From: a virus
IMG/VR virus record: IMGVR_UViG_3300033571_019687
Span: 69,875 to 133,874 of that record
Length of the DNA: 64,000 nucleotides
Strand: one strand, 5' to 3'
The position numbers and the translations under genes are program-made. Position 1 is the stretch's first letter, and the number at the start of each line of letters is the position of its first letter. A model generated the notes under the pieces. It made no database searches and was not told where the DNA came from. It saw nothing but the letters and a program-made list of their open reading frames with translations. Positions 21,935-33,846 of this stretch are shown here, in pieces.

Positions 21935-22833
21935 GTTTAGGTAATTACGGTTTTAAAAGACCAGCAGATGTAAACCCAAGTGATATTGAGGTTATTGTCA
22001 TATACTCAAGGACAAGAGCATCTGGTGAACAACAAGTGATAAAAAAACTTTCTGGATCAACGGTAATTAGACCTTTGTATTCGAATCAAGAACTTGGTGG
22101 TAACACATCAGAACTATTAGGCGGGTTATATAATTTAACATTACCAAAAGATGTTTTTAATCAAAAAGGTATATACACAATATATATCAGGCCAGCACAG
22201 ATAAGAACTACTATACTTGATTGTGGAGAATTAGTTAATGTTCCTGATATTAGAGGTTTAGTTTTTGATGTAAACTCAGCACCAGTAGACTTTATTCGTA
22301 AATTTACAAATAATGGTCTTGATGGGTATAGAGTTGAATACCTAAATAATAACGGTTCAAAAATTGAGGGTTTATATAAAATCGTAACTACTAGTTTTTT
22401 GTGTGAAGCAACGCAATCAATTGGTAATGGAACCACACAAAAGGGTATTAAATACGCATATAACAATACTGGTAGCTTACTATTCTGTACAGTTACACCA
22501 AATACTGCACCATCATTTAGACCTACAGCACAACCATTTATTGGTAGAAAGGGACAAAATGTGATATTAAGTAATACTAGTTTTAATCCAATAGTTAAAG
22601 AGATTGAAGTTGTAGATTTTGATATTGAGAGTCTATCAATAGCATTATTTGGTGAACAAAGTAAGTCACTTAAAGATGGGATTTATACACTTTATAATAC
22701 TGATGGTACAATTTATAAACAATATGATCTATATGAAATTGATGATCCAAATATCGGTCATTATGAAGTTAGAAGAATAAGAACAGATATAGATTCAAGT
22801 AAATCATTAGATAACATACCGTTACCAAACTAA
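21931..22833 (+). CDS. Putative baseplate/tail structural protein
   Basis: Operon context. Confidence 0.5.
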   Translation: MSLGNYGFKRPADVNPSDIEVIVIYSRTRASGEQQVIKKLSGSTVIRPLYSNQELGGNTSELLGGLYNLTLPKDVFNQKGIYTIYIRPAQIRTTILDCGELVNVPDIRGLVFDVNSAPVDFIRKFTNNGLDGYRVEYLNNNGSKIEGLYKIVTTSFLCEATQSIGNGTTQKGIKYAYNNTGSLLFCTVTPNTAPSFRPTAQPFIGRKGQNVILSNTSFNPIVKEIEVVDFDIESLSIALFGEQSKSLKDGIYTLYNTDGTIYKQYDLYEIDDPNIGHYEVRRIRTDIDSSKSLDNIPLPN

Positions 22834-22837
22834 TAAA

Positions 22838-25800
22838 ATGGCAGTAATAAATTCACCTATACTACGTTTTGTATATTCAAGTAAAGAAGAAGCAATAAAC
22901 AAGGCAAAAGAATTAGGATCAGATGGTTTTAGAGAGTATAATATTAATGGTACATTATGCTATGTACCATGTTTTACTTTTGCTGAATATGAAAAAGTCA
23001 CTAGAACTGTAATAACAAAGGGGGGTAATTTAGCTAGTGGTAATGATACATTTGGTGGTGGTTTAGTTGGTATGCAATTTGCCAATAATAATGAATTTGG
23101 CGGAGACCCATTTCTAACTCTTGGTAATTTTAGTATAGTTAAAGATATTAGTGTAATTCAGACAAGTGTATCTGGAGAAACTAATGCACCAGTATCTTAT
23201 ACACAAGAAAGTATATCTAACACATTAGGTGTTCAACCAAATAATTTATCTAATTATGTTGAAGATAAATTAAAACCTAAATTTAATGTTGATACTAGTA
23301 ATGTTAGCAGATTTGTATTATTTTCTTCATTAAAAGAGAGGATTAAAAATGGATTAGTTGAAATCATTACTAACTTCCCGGCTGCGATTAAAATAGAGTA
23401 TTTGGGTCAAAATATTCGTAATGTTGTTTCTTATATTGAAAATAGAAATAATAATACATCAACTATTACTATAAATTCAAATGCTATAAGAAATCCATTT
23501 GGTATTGAATATAATACTACTGGTACAACATTAAATGATTATGATGACCGTGCTATTATTAGGAACTTTTCAAAATACTATACGAATTATACTGTATTTT
23601 TTAATGATCAAGAATATGATATTATTGATGTAGTATTAAGAACATCTGGTACTAATTTATCAGTAACTGTAAATGGGTTCCCATTTGCAGATGTAAAAGA
23701 TAATGATAATAATGTTAACACCAAGTTTTATTTAAAACCGAATAAAACTATAGTTAATAAGTTTTATGAAGGATTAAGTGATGTTGCCAAATTTTTATTA
23801 AATTTTGACAATCAAAATAAACTATATGCAACAAAAATTAATGTACCGGTATCAGATGACACTGGTAAGTCCGTAATACAACCTGTGGTACTATATTTCC
23901 CGTTATATGATGATTATAACTTAGATGTGTTTACAACAAAATATGATGAATATGTATTAGAATTAAATTCGATTGCTGAATCATTTGATAGTTTTAAAAG
24001 TGATTTAATTAGTAGAACATTAACAACTGAGGCCTTTAAAGAGTTTGATACCGTAGATCGTAAAATGGAAAACGTTTTGCAGTTATATGGTAGAGGATTT
24101 GATGCTGTTAAAGTTTATGTCGATTCACTTGCTTACATGAGAAATGTAAGTTATGATAAAATAGATAATGTACCTGATTTGTTAATTAAAAACTTTGCTC
24201 AGACATTAGGTTGGGACACAAATAGATTAGATGATGATGATGCAATAGTTACAAGTCTGTTTACCATAAGTCAACCTTTAGAAGATACTATTACACCACA
24301 AGAGTTTGATATTGAGGTGTGGAGAAGGTTATTATTGAATACAGCATATCTATTCAAAAGTAAAGGTACTAGAAAGGCCATAGAAGCCCTATTAGAGATC
24401 GTCGGGATACCTGACTATATAATAGACATTAATGAGTATATCTACTTAACAGAAGCGAAATTAGACGCTAATAACAAGTATTTAGAAATAGCGGAAGCTT
24501 TAGGTGAAGATGATCCGGCTAATCTTGTTGGGTTATACCCATTTGATTCAGAGGGTTATCCATCTGCACCAACTGATGTTGCTTATCAGGAAGCTGGTGG
24601 TTATATTGTTATAGATAAAGAAAATATTGGACCTTATGATAATGGTAAGACATATCTTGACAAATTTAGGGATTTTGACGGTATAAAAGGTTTTGAGCTT
24701 ATCAAAACTATTGATAATAAAAAATCTTGGGTTTACACCGAATCTGCCACCATTAATGAGGACACAGATTCAGATACTTCTTATGAAGTGATTGATAGTA
24801 GATTATTAATTAATACAAAAGAGGTTGAGATCTATCTTAATTCACAAAGGGTTGTTGATTTTTTAATTTATAGATATTTTAAACGTAATAGACTTATTAT
24901 TGATACTAATTACGGTATATCTTACACAAATGGTGTTAATCCTACTAATATAACATTTTCGCAATTCATTAAAGATTGTCTTAATAATTTTATTGACCCA
25001 AGAAATAGAAAAACAGTTATTGTTTATCCTACACTTAGAAAATTATATTATGATTTTAAAAAATCTTATGGTAAAGATATTAGTAATAGTGTAGGTATTG
25101 ATTTTATTAATCAGTTTGATACATATTGGGTTCAACTTATTAAACAAGTTATACCTGCAACAACTATATTTAACGCTGGTAAAAAGGTTAAAAACTCAGA
25201 TCTACTTGATAATAAGTATAAGTATAAAGCTGGTATTGATAAAGGATCAGAATTTACTAATGAAACTTTAAAAAGGGTTAATCAGGGTACTAATAGTATA
25301 GAGATTAATGGTGGAAAAATATATGATACCGCAAAGGCATTGTCTACACCATTATCAATCTATAATCAATTAAAAGAAAGTAATAAAGGTATCGATAATA
25401 GCCTTAACCTTTACAGAGGTAAATATTACAGTATTAAAGATGAATGTGAGAGAGATGGTAAATATTATCTATATGATAATTTAACTGATTATACTGAAAG
25501 TGATTTTGGTGGTAATATCAATACGTTAGTTGTTGCTACCGGACTTACATCAGAATCAGTTGGTGGTAGATACGGTGTGTTTGTTGTGGCTAGAGGCAAT
25601 CTATACAGACTTAGAACTGTTAATAACTATGATGAAAATAATAATCTGTTAACACCTAATGATACCGAATTAAATACTACTTCACAAATAACTATAATTA
25701 ATGTATTGTATAATAGACCCGGAGGTACTGTTACGTTATACAAAAAGTATAATGGCATAACTGGTGTTACAGTTGATTATGACAGACCAGCATTTGATAT

Positions 25801-28800
25801 TGTACCAAAAAATGTTAACTCACATACAATAACGTTTGCTGATTGTCCTAATCCTACAAATATTGAAAGAGAGTTCTTTATAAATTCAATATCAAAAGCT
25901 TTAGCTTACATTGAATTAGGATTTAATTTTGATTGCCCTCCACCTAAAGCACATACATGTTATTTTGATATAGCAGGTAGCATAATAGATTTAGAACCGG
26001 GGTCATATACGTCATCAGATACCCAATATACTATACCTGATGTGGCATATTATACCGATAATACAAATACAGATAGGGTTATTAAACAACCTTATTATTA
26101 TGGGTATAGTACATACACAGGAACAACCAAACCACTTGATGGTGAGTATTTAAGAGATAATAATTGGTTAGTACCATATAGAAGAAGCAAAACATGGTCT
26201 AATGGTATTACCTATTATAAAGGAGATGTTGTTAGTTATAGTGGTAATTTCTATGAAATAACAGCAACAACTGCTGTTGGTAGCGTATCAACACCTACAG
26301 GATCAACATTAACACCTTATAGAAATGGTTTAGCATATAAGTATTCAAAAAGGGTTAAAACTGATCCTTTAATGCATATAGATTATGCTTATATTAATAA
26401 AATTAACCTTAATCCAATGAATGATACTTTATCAATTAATTTGTCAAAATTAATAGATACGTATCAAATTTTTAGTGGATTAACAATTGATACAACATAT
26501 AAAGTTGATGATATATATGTTGGTGATAAGTTGTTTATTGATAATAAGCTTATAGCTGAGTTTGATGGTTTATACCCAGTAAATTCAGATAATATAGGAC
26601 CATTTTATAATCTTAATGATACTAGTCTAATTCACACTTTAACTGATGAGTTAGATTTAGTACCTAATATTGATAATTTTATTTCAATCACTTCAATTAA
26701 TGAAGGTTTTGCTGATACTCTTGAAGACGTTTCTTTGGTAAAGTCTAATAATCCTTATTATTTAATCAAAGATATTGGGTTTTATAAATTTGATATCAAT
26801 TTATATTTTGATGCTGATTTAACAAGAAATAATAGACAAAGTGTTATTATTAAACTAGTGGATCAAAACGGTTTGATCTATAATCAGCAAGAATTTACAT
26901 TTATTGGTAGTTCTTTGGCGGATGATAGAATTTACAATTTTGTTTATGAAGGATTTTTTAGACAAAATGATAGAGTTTATATTGCAATTCAACCATTGGA
27001 TTTTCCTTGTAAATTAAAAAGATTTGAAGAAATAGATTATACACATTCTGAGGTCCCTTACGGTCAATATAACCCAATAAACGATGGTAGATTTAGATTA
27101 TTATTTAATGCTGGTAGGTTAATAAATGGTAACAGCATATTTGAAAAAATATTATCTATTCAACCTTTATTAGGTAAAGAAGATATTGTTAGTCAAACAA
27201 CAATTAATATCGCTGATAAAGACGTTTATAAAATAGCAACACAAGGGCAAAGTCAATCTTATTTTGATATAGTTAAACCAAAGGTAGTTGGTAATACCGA
27301 TCCTGATTTATTGTTTAATAAACTATACTCTGATTATTATAAAAAATATAGAGACACGGATGATATTTTAAACATATCATCATTAGTATATGATAAAACA
27401 ATAAACTATGACAAAGTAGATTTTACATTTAAGGCTAAGACTAGAAAGTTACCTATTGAGCGTAAAGAAGATAATGATGATTTGGCTGGTGAATACGGTA
27501 TAACTGTGACCAAAGATATAACATTAACTGATTGGTATTTAGGTAATACACCTACAGCTTATGAATTTGCTTCACCATCATTTAATATTAGTATAGGTAA
27601 GAAACAAATTAAGAGGGATAGTGTATATAGTAAAACTATACCGTATGCACCTAATAGGTCACATATAAATGGTAGTAAATCACCTATTTCAACAGGATCT
27701 ACTGGATCAATAGATATTGATGGTACATCATTTGGTATAGAAGGTTATGATAAATATGATTTTAATAAACCGTTTGAGACAGAATTTAAAGATAAGAATT
27801 ATACTGTCAATGATTTAACTTATTTATTAGAAAACCCAATTTATTCTAGTGAAGAATATTTACAATTACTTGAATTTGCGGAAGAGTTTAATCCTAAGAT
27901 TATTAACTATCAATTAAATGATATTGTTAAATACAAGATTAACAGTTATAAAAAACCTGTTTTGACTTCAACTGGTTATACAATAGAAACAGTAGATATT
28001 TATAGATTATTTGTTTGTATTGAGGAAACCACAATATTCCATTGTGATTTAAATGATATATTACCAAAAAACATTAGAAATATTTATCATCCTAATGCCG
28101 GTCATTCATGTTTTGTTGAAATAACAGAATATGATCCTAAATTATTCACACCTTGGGGATACGAAAAATGGAGATATAAAGATATAACCTATTCTAATAT
28201 TGAACCATATACTTATGGACCTATAACTACTTATACGGGATCAAGTACAGATTTCACACAGTTTAATTATGGTGATATCGTAACTGATGGTACTAGAGTT
28301 TATAGATATATTTATAATAAACCTATAAATTATATCTCTGGAGGTACTGTAACATATTTGGCGGGTGATTTTGTACAGTATAAAACTGGTACAACGTATA
28401 GTTTTTATGTATGTAAAAGTGTTACAGGTACTACAACAGCACCGGGAACTGCTAATTGGCAACATATAGATCCATTCTCACCTACATTAATTACTTTTAC
28501 TAATGCATTTTTTGATAAAAATAGTAAAATATGTAGGTTACAAAATTTAGTACCACGTAATGGGTTTACTGTTACTAATGCATATACAACTGGATATACT
28601 GATGTCTATAGAAATGAAATGTTAATATATCCTATGGAATTATCAGGTACTAGTTACGGTGATATACCTAACTTATATAGTATAGATAATGGTACAACAA
28701 ATATAGGGGCAAGAATATCTACTACAACATTTAGTAATTATCCTGTGTATAATGCTAACACTTCTGGGTTAACCGTTGTACCAAGTTATTTAGGTGCAAA

Positions 28801-29896
28801 TAGTTACCCTTTATTTGAAGAGTTATGTAATATTAGTTTGATTAATAATCCTAGACAATTTTCTACTGGCACAACTTATAATGCTTTTGAAAAAACATTA
28901 TCATATAAGTATGCTGTATCACATGGTAAAGTATGGAGGTTTAAGGGCTCACAAACAACAGGTACCACATTAACAGTAAATGAGGCACCAAGTGTTAATG
29001 CTGAATACTGGACAGATTCAGATTTTTGCGTTGCAGATAAGTTTAAATTCTATAAAGATAGGGTATCTGTTAAAGTATATAATTCAACAGTTGAGTCTTT
29101 AGATGAAACTACTAAAGATAATCTATATTTCTTTAATTCTAATTTAGAATATAAGAATGGTTTTAGTATAAATCAATTTACTGGTTCTACATTAGATACA
29201 AAACATTTAAATGCATTAGAATTATATGCTGATAGTATAGATGAGAATATTAAGTCAGTGACTAAATATGGTAACTTTGCAACAAGATATTCTAATGGTG
29301 ATTTGTTTTTAGATTATCAAATTGAAAAAGATAATTTAGGGTTACCTGTAACTGGTGAGTTTGTTGGTAAGTTAAATTTAAAAGACGTTTGCGGTAATAG
29401 TGCTACGACAATATTTGGGTTATTATTAGATACAGATGTCAATAAATTAAGAGATATGCAAGTTAGATACATTGCATATAATACTGATGTCACTAATACT
29501 AATGGATTTAATTATTTTGTTAGGGTGATTACAAATTATACATCTGATGACCCTATGATTATTAATTACACCGGATTAACTACTGGTATATTAACGGTGG
29601 ATAGGAGTAATAATTTGGATAGAAATTTATTAACCAATAAAAATGGTGAAATAGTATTAGAATTCAAATATGTTATTGGTAAAGGTAAGACTTTAGTTAA
29701 ATCAGTATTACTTAATTCGGTTAATATTGATCAATTATCAAATGTTACCAGCAGCACTAGTGTATCAGGTAATATTGAAACTAGGGTAATAAAGATAAGT
29801 AAGGTTGTTGGTAATTTTACATTAAACTTTATTACCGACACATTTAATGATCTTAATATTGGTAATACTAACATAAACACAACAATAAATTTATAA
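22838..29896 (+). CDS. Giant (2352 aa) baseplate wedge/tail protein with a P2 gpI / T4 gp7-like segment and carbohydrate-binding-like repeats
   Basis: LLIKNFAQTLGW...LLNTAYLFKSKGTRKAIEALL motif; several W/Y...TY..GD.V.Y CBM5/12-like motifs. Confidence 0.65.
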   Translation: MAVINSPILRFVYSSKEEAINKAKELGSDGFREYNINGTLCYVPCFTFAEYEKVTRTVITKGGNLASGNDTFGGGLVGMQFANNNEFGGDPFLTLGNFSIVKDISVIQTSVSGETNAPVSYTQESISNTLGVQPNNLSNYVEDKLKPKFNVDTSNVSRFVLFSSLKERIKNGLVEIITNFPAAIKIEYLGQNIRNVVSYIENRNNNTSTITINSNAIRNPFGIEYNTTGTTLNDYDDRAIIRNFSKYYTNYTVFFNDQEYDIIDVVLRTSGTNLSVTVNGFPFADVKDNDNNVNTKFYLKPNKTIVNKFYEGLSDVAKFLLNFDNQNKLYATKINVPVSDDTGKSVIQPVVLYFPLYDDYNLDVFTTKYDEYVLELNSIAESFDSFKSDLISRTLTTEAFKEFDTVDRKMENVLQLYGRGFDAVKVYVDSLAYMRNVSYDKIDNVPDLLIKNFAQTLGWDTNRLDDDDAIVTSLFTISQPLEDTITPQEFDIEVWRRLLLNTAYLFKSKGTRKAIEALLEIVGIPDYIIDINEYIYLTEAKLDANNKYLEIAEALGEDDPANLVGLYPFDSEGYPSAPTDVAYQEAGGYIVIDKENIGPYDNGKTYLDKFRDFDGIKGFELIKTIDNKKSWVYTESATINEDTDSDTSYEVIDSRLLINTKEVEIYLNSQRVVDFLIYRYFKRNRLIIDTNYGISYTNGVNPTNITFSQFIKDCLNNFIDPRNRKTVIVYPTLRKLYYDFKKSYGKDISNSVGIDFINQFDTYWVQLIKQVIPATTIFNAGKKVKNSDLLDNKYKYKAGIDKGSEFTNETLKRVNQGTNSIEINGGKIYDTAKALSTPLSIYNQLKESNKGIDNSLNLYRGKYYSIKDECERDGKYYLYDNLTDYTESDFGGNINTLVVATGLTSESVGGRYGVFVVARGNLYRLRTVNNYDENNNLLTPNDTELNTTSQITIINVLYNRPGGTVTLYKKYNGITGVTVDYDRPAFDIVPKNVNSHTITFADCPNPTNIEREFFINSISKALAYIELGFNFDCPPPKAHTCYFDIAGSIIDLEPGSYTSSDTQYTIPDVAYYTDNTNTDRVIKQPYYYGYSTYTGTTKPLDGEYLRDNNWLVPYRRSKTWSNGITYYKGDVVSYSGNFYEITATTAVGSVSTPTGSTLTPYRNGLAYKYSKRVKTDPLMHIDYAYINKINLNPMNDTLSINLSKLIDTYQIFSGLTIDTTYKVDDIYVGDKLFIDNKLIAEFDGLYPVNSDNIGPFYNLNDTSLIHTLTDELDLVPNIDNFISITSINEGFADTLEDVSLVKSNNPYYLIKDIGFYKFDINLYFDADLTRNNRQSVIIKLVDQNGLIYNQQEFTFIGSSLADDRIYNFVYEGFFRQNDRVYIAIQPLDFPCKLKRFEEIDYTHSEVPYGQYNPINDGRFRLLFNAGRLINGNSIFEKILSIQPLLGKEDIVSQTTINIADKDVYKIATQGQSQSYFDIVKPKVVGNTDPDLLFNKLYSDYYKKYRDTDDILNISSLVYDKTINYDKVDFTFKAKTRKLPIERKEDNDDLAGEYGITVTKDITLTDWYLGNTPTAYEFASPSFNISIGKKQIKRDSVYSKTIPYAPNRSHINGSKSPISTGSTGSIDIDGTSFGIEGYDKYDFNKPFETEFKDKNYTVNDLTYLLENPIYSSEEYLQLLEFAEEFNPKIINYQLNDIVKYKINSYKKPVLTSTGYTIETVDIYRLFVCIEETTIFHCDLNDILPKNIRNIYHPNAGHSCFVEITEYDPKLFTPWGYEKWRYKDITYSNIEPYTYGPITTYTGSSTDFTQFNYGDIVTDGTRVYRYIYNKPINYISGGTVTYLAGDFVQYKTGTTYSFYVCKSVTGTTTAPGTANWQHIDPFSPTLITFTNAFFDKNSKICRLQNLVPRNGFTVTNAYTTGYTDVYRNEMLIYPMELSGTSYGDIPNLYSIDNGTTNIGARISTTTFSNYPVYNANTSGLTVVPSYLGANSYPLFEELCNISLINNPRQFSTGTTYNAFEKTLSYKYAVSHGKVWRFKGSQTTGTTLTVNEAPSVNAEYWTDSDFCVADKFKFYKDRVSVKVYNSTVESLDETTKDNLYFFNSNLEYKNGFSINQFTGSTLDTKHLNALELYADSIDENIKSVTKYGNFATRYSNGDLFLDYQIEKDNLGLPVTGEFVGKLNLKDVCGNSATTIFGLLLDTDVNKLRDMQVRYIAYNTDVTNTNGFNYFVRVITNYTSDDPMIINYTGLTTGILTVDRSNNLDRNLLTNKNGEIVLEFKYVIGKGKTLVKSVLLNSVNIDQLSNVTSSTSVSGNIETRVIKISKVVGNFTLNFITDTFNDLNIGNTNINTTINL

Positions 29897-29965
29897 GTGG
29901 TTTTTATACCAACCTATTTATCTTTTAGTTAGGAGTTACTAAATTTAACCAACTAATTTGGCAAT

Positions 29966-32689
29966 ATGTCGTACATTATAAAAAATAGTGAACCAAGTAT
30001 AAATCTTAAATTAACTGACAAGGGTAGAAGTAATTTAGCTTTTGGGCAGTTAAATTATGTTAGTTATGTATTAGGTGATAGTGAAATTGATTATACTAAT
30101 CAATTGCCTTCACAAATGATATTAAGACCTAAAGATAATCAACATGATATTATATACCCTGTACCAATTAGAGATAATATAACTAAAGTTGATTTACCAT
30201 CTGTATCAGCAAAACCTAGAGTTATATATCAAAGTTCAACCCCAAGAGGTTTTTTTGAACCTAGTGGAGATACATATCAGCCTAGACAATCTATATGTTC
30301 GATATATGATATTCGTAATCATCCTAACTTTAGTTACAGCGGTGATACATTTTATAATTTAGATGTTGCATTTAATAATCATGATACATTTGTATTGAAT
30401 ACAGGATTAACAACTATTTTATCTGTTAATGATACTTTATTTGTTAAATTTATTGACGAAGAATTAGTTGATGATTATGATGAAACAAGTTTACCACCAA
30501 CTTTTAATCATGGTGCTATTAAAGCTTTGTTTTATAAGGTCACTGGATTATATGATGAAAATGATGAATTGGTTGATAGTATTAATCTAACCGGATTAAC
30601 AACTTTTGGTATTAAAGTTGATAGAGAATTACCATCAAGACATGAGGCGACTATTGTGTCTATATATATTGTACCTTTTAATATTAAAGAGTTATTTGAT
30701 CCAGAAGATCCTGCCCAGTATTGGGATGAAGATTTGCTTAGCTTTAATTCAACTTGTGATACAACAGTTGCAGATGTACCATTTTGGGATTTCAACATTA
30801 TATATAGAGAAAATGTTATAGGTTTAGATGCTGCTATAAAAAAGAATAAAGATGAGGTGTTATCTAAAGATTATGTTGGTACTTATGTTTCATTAAAATT
30901 ATTCGAGCAGACTGACATTACTAAAATAGGTGTTGTACATTACACTAATCATCTTATTGATAATTATTATGCCGAAGGTTTTTATAGAAACACGTTAAAA
31001 CTCGTTATACCACATATTATGTGGCATAAAAAACAGTTTGAAGGTATTAGTACAGGCACGTCATTAGGTTATACATTTGTGTGCGGAACTGAGATTAAGT
31101 TTATTGATAATAAGATTAGATATTATGATTTAGTAGATCAAGAAGTAAATCAAACGATTGTTGGTAAAGTTCTTTTAGATGATAAGATAATTATTATAGA
31201 ACATCCTGAGTTGTTAACAGCTTTATCATTTAAATCTGATAGAAACCATACTCTACCTAAACCGTCATTACAGCTATTAGATCCCGGTTCATGCCCCCAA
31301 ATAAGCTCTATTGGTTCATTAGAGCCCAATCAGACAATGTGTGTTAGTTATATGTTAACTACACAAAATGAAACGCATTATAACACATCTTTACATTGTG
31401 AAGATTATGCTAAGCTAACTAATACTACTGATAAAAATAAAGACGTGCTGTTTTATTTTGATAGATCAGTAAGTGATAACTTTGCGTATTTATCTACATT
31501 ATATGTGGATAATCCTATTAAAGGTTATGGATATTCTTATGACAATGTTTACATTCTATGGCAAATTGTTAATGGTGATCAAATACCAGACCCTACACAG
31601 TGGAATATAGAAGATATAACAAGATATTTAAACACTAATGGTTGTCTTAATAGCGACCCAACAGTATGTGAACAAGTATCTTTAAAAACACAAGTATCAG
31701 TTGGTGCTATTAGTGGGTTTACCTTAAGTGAATATCCTATTGGTGATGTTTTAGTATTTTGGAATGGTAATGTTTTAATACCTAACAATGATTATACTAT
31801 ATCAAATAAAAACGTTACATTTACTGGTGGTTTAATTACTGGCGGTACAACAGTCTATAGTTATCTATATGGTGAAGGTGCTGTTGGGACAAGATTAATT
31901 AGGTTTGAATTACCAGAACCGGGGGATGAATTAGAGTTTGACTCTATTGTTTATACTTATCCAAGTGGAACAGATTTAACTGAATATGTTGCTACAGTAT
32001 TAGAAGCAACAGGTAGCACAAATTTAGTTACATTACCTAACGGCCAACAAGCATTTTCAGATAATGGTTCTTCTACTGATGGTTTGTCATTAGTAATACC
32101 ATCTACACCAAATAATGATGTTGTTTATGTGCATTATTCAGGTGTTTTATTAGATTCAAGTATGTACACATTAGCTACTGATGGTATAACCACTTGGGTT
32201 AGATTAGATTTTGCACCTGCGGATTTAACTGATATTGTTATTTATTATTTGGATAATAGTTTAGGGGGGTCTACATTGATACCTAACTCTGATAAAACAC
32301 CTCAAGCATTAAGAGCTATAAATGTTGTTATTGATAAGGAGTTTACTGATAATTCAGAAGGTAATTATTATGTTATTGCAAACAAATTTAATTTACCTAA
32401 CATTTCAACAACAGGGTTTACATTTGGTGATGAATTCATATTTCCGGGGATTATAGAGACTGATATTAAATCAACAATATATAAAACTTCATTCAATATA
32501 AATATATTACCTAATACATATACTACATCAAATAATCCTACTTTTAGTACTGGAGATAAAGTTGCATTTAGCGAATTAGGTATATATGATAATCAGAATA
32601 ATCTAGTTTGTATAGGTAAGTTTTCAACTCCTATAACTAGAAAATATAATGCCGATATTTTGACTATTGAGGCTACTATTGACTTTTAA
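29966..32689 (+). CDS. Tail-collar/fibre-base protein
   Basis: N-terminal LTDKGR...LGDSEIDY and C-terminal FSELGIYD..NNLVCIGK...PI.K halves of a gpH/tail-collar-like domain. Confidence 0.55.
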   Translation: MSYIIKNSEPSINLKLTDKGRSNLAFGQLNYVSYVLGDSEIDYTNQLPSQMILRPKDNQHDIIYPVPIRDNITKVDLPSVSAKPRVIYQSSTPRGFFEPSGDTYQPRQSICSIYDIRNHPNFSYSGDTFYNLDVAFNNHDTFVLNTGLTTILSVNDTLFVKFIDEELVDDYDETSLPPTFNHGAIKALFYKVTGLYDENDELVDSINLTGLTTFGIKVDRELPSRHEATIVSIYIVPFNIKELFDPEDPAQYWDEDLLSFNSTCDTTVADVPFWDFNIIYRENVIGLDAAIKKNKDEVLSKDYVGTYVSLKLFEQTDITKIGVVHYTNHLIDNYYAEGFYRNTLKLVIPHIMWHKKQFEGISTGTSLGYTFVCGTEIKFIDNKIRYYDLVDQEVNQTIVGKVLLDDKIIIIEHPELLTALSFKSDRNHTLPKPSLQLLDPGSCPQISSIGSLEPNQTMCVSYMLTTQNETHYNTSLHCEDYAKLTNTTDKNKDVLFYFDRSVSDNFAYLSTLYVDNPIKGYGYSYDNVYILWQIVNGDQIPDPTQWNIEDITRYLNTNGCLNSDPTVCEQVSLKTQVSVGAISGFTLSEYPIGDVLVFWNGNVLIPNNDYTISNKNVTFTGGLITGGTTVYSYLYGEGAVGTRLIRFELPEPGDELEFDSIVYTYPSGTDLTEYVATVLEATGSTNLVTLPNGQQAFSDNGSSTDGLSLVIPSTPNNDVVYVHYSGVLLDSSMYTLATDGITTWVRLDFAPADLTDIVIYYLDNSLGGSTLIPNSDKTPQALRAINVVIDKEFTDNSEGNYYVIANKFNLPNISTTGFTFGDEFIFPGIIETDIKSTIYKTSFNINILPNTYTTSNNPTFSTGDKVAFSELGIYDNQNNLVCIGKFSTPITRKYNADILTIEATIDF

Positions 32690-32690
32690 C

Positions 32691-33845
32691 ATGGGCTATA
32701 TATTAGATAACACAAATCAATTTAAGGTATATTTAACTGATAAAGGTAAAGAATTATTATCTGATGGTGGATTATTGGCAAATATTGCGTATTTTTCAAT
32801 GTCAGATGAAGATACGAATTATACTACATTAACAGATAATTTTGACCCTATTGATGTAGATAAACAAGATATAGTATCTATAGAAAATGAGTTATTTAAA
32901 GTTAATGGATTATCATTAGTTTTTGTTCAACCAGTATTAAGAGGTAATATTGTAAATGGTACTCAGAAAGATGATTCTTTATTATATATTAATAATAATG
33001 GATTTAAAGATGTGTTATTAGTTGATGGGGAAGAAGTAACGGAGAAAAAATTATTAACATATAGAGATAATAATGGATATAGAAAGTTTAAATTAACTGG
33101 TAATAATGGTTTATATTTACATTCACCTTATCCAGAGGTATTAACAGATTTTAACGAGTTAATTAAAAATTATGACTTTTATCCAACAAATGATAAAGAA
33201 AGAACATTATTTGATTTAAAAAACGTATCATTTTCTGATAATTCAACATTAAAGGGTAATAATAGAACGTCAGAGAGTAACTCATCATTGATTAGTAGTA
33301 ATATAACTAAGAAATCTGAACTTATATTACATGAAAGATATTACACGGAGTTTAATGTGTATTTTAATTATTGGAAAGGTTTCGGGTTTGATAACAGTAG
33401 TCCTGATTATAAGACACAAGTTGATTTTTATGCTAGTTTAGGAACTAATAGAATTAAATTATTATTAGATGGATTACAGTATTATGATCCAAACTCTTTT
33501 ACATATACAACTATACCCACAGGATTAACTTCTTATATTCAATTGAGTGGTGATACACTTATGTTAGATTATTCAAATACTGATAGTGTTGTGTCATTAC
33601 TTAATACGGTTTCACCATTGGCACCTAATGGATGTAATTTTAGGGTTAGGTGTAGATTAATTGATGATATTGCTGATTTTTTAACAGAAGATAATGTTGT
33701 TACAGACAGTAAAGATTTTAAGTTAGAAATAGTGTACTCAACTACATCAGATACTATATCAGAGGCACAACAAACTTTAGTAAATATAACCAATCCATTA
33801 TCTAATAGTGGAGAACCGCCTATTATAATACCAGACCCTTCATAA
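32691..33845 (+). CDS. Tail structural protein with the LTDxG...DxY N-terminal module
   Basis: VYLTDKGKELL...FSMSDEDTNY. ATG at 32691 preferred over the track start 32667. Confidence 0.5.
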   Translation: MGYILDNTNQFKVYLTDKGKELLSDGGLLANIAYFSMSDEDTNYTTLTDNFDPIDVDKQDIVSIENELFKVNGLSLVFVQPVLRGNIVNGTQKDDSLLYINNNGFKDVLLVDGEEVTEKKLLTYRDNNGYRKFKLTGNNGLYLHSPYPEVLTDFNELIKNYDFYPTNDKERTLFDLKNVSFSDNSTLKGNNRTSESNSSLISSNITKKSELILHERYYTEFNVYFNYWKGFGFDNSSPDYKTQVDFYASLGTNRIKLLLDGLQYYDPNSFTYTTIPTGLTSYIQLSGDTLMLDYSNTDSVVSLLNTVSPLAPNGCNFRVRCRLIDDIADFLTEDNVVTDSKDFKLEIVYSTTSDTISEAQQTLVNITNPLSNSGEPPIIIPDPS

Positions 33846-33846
33846 C

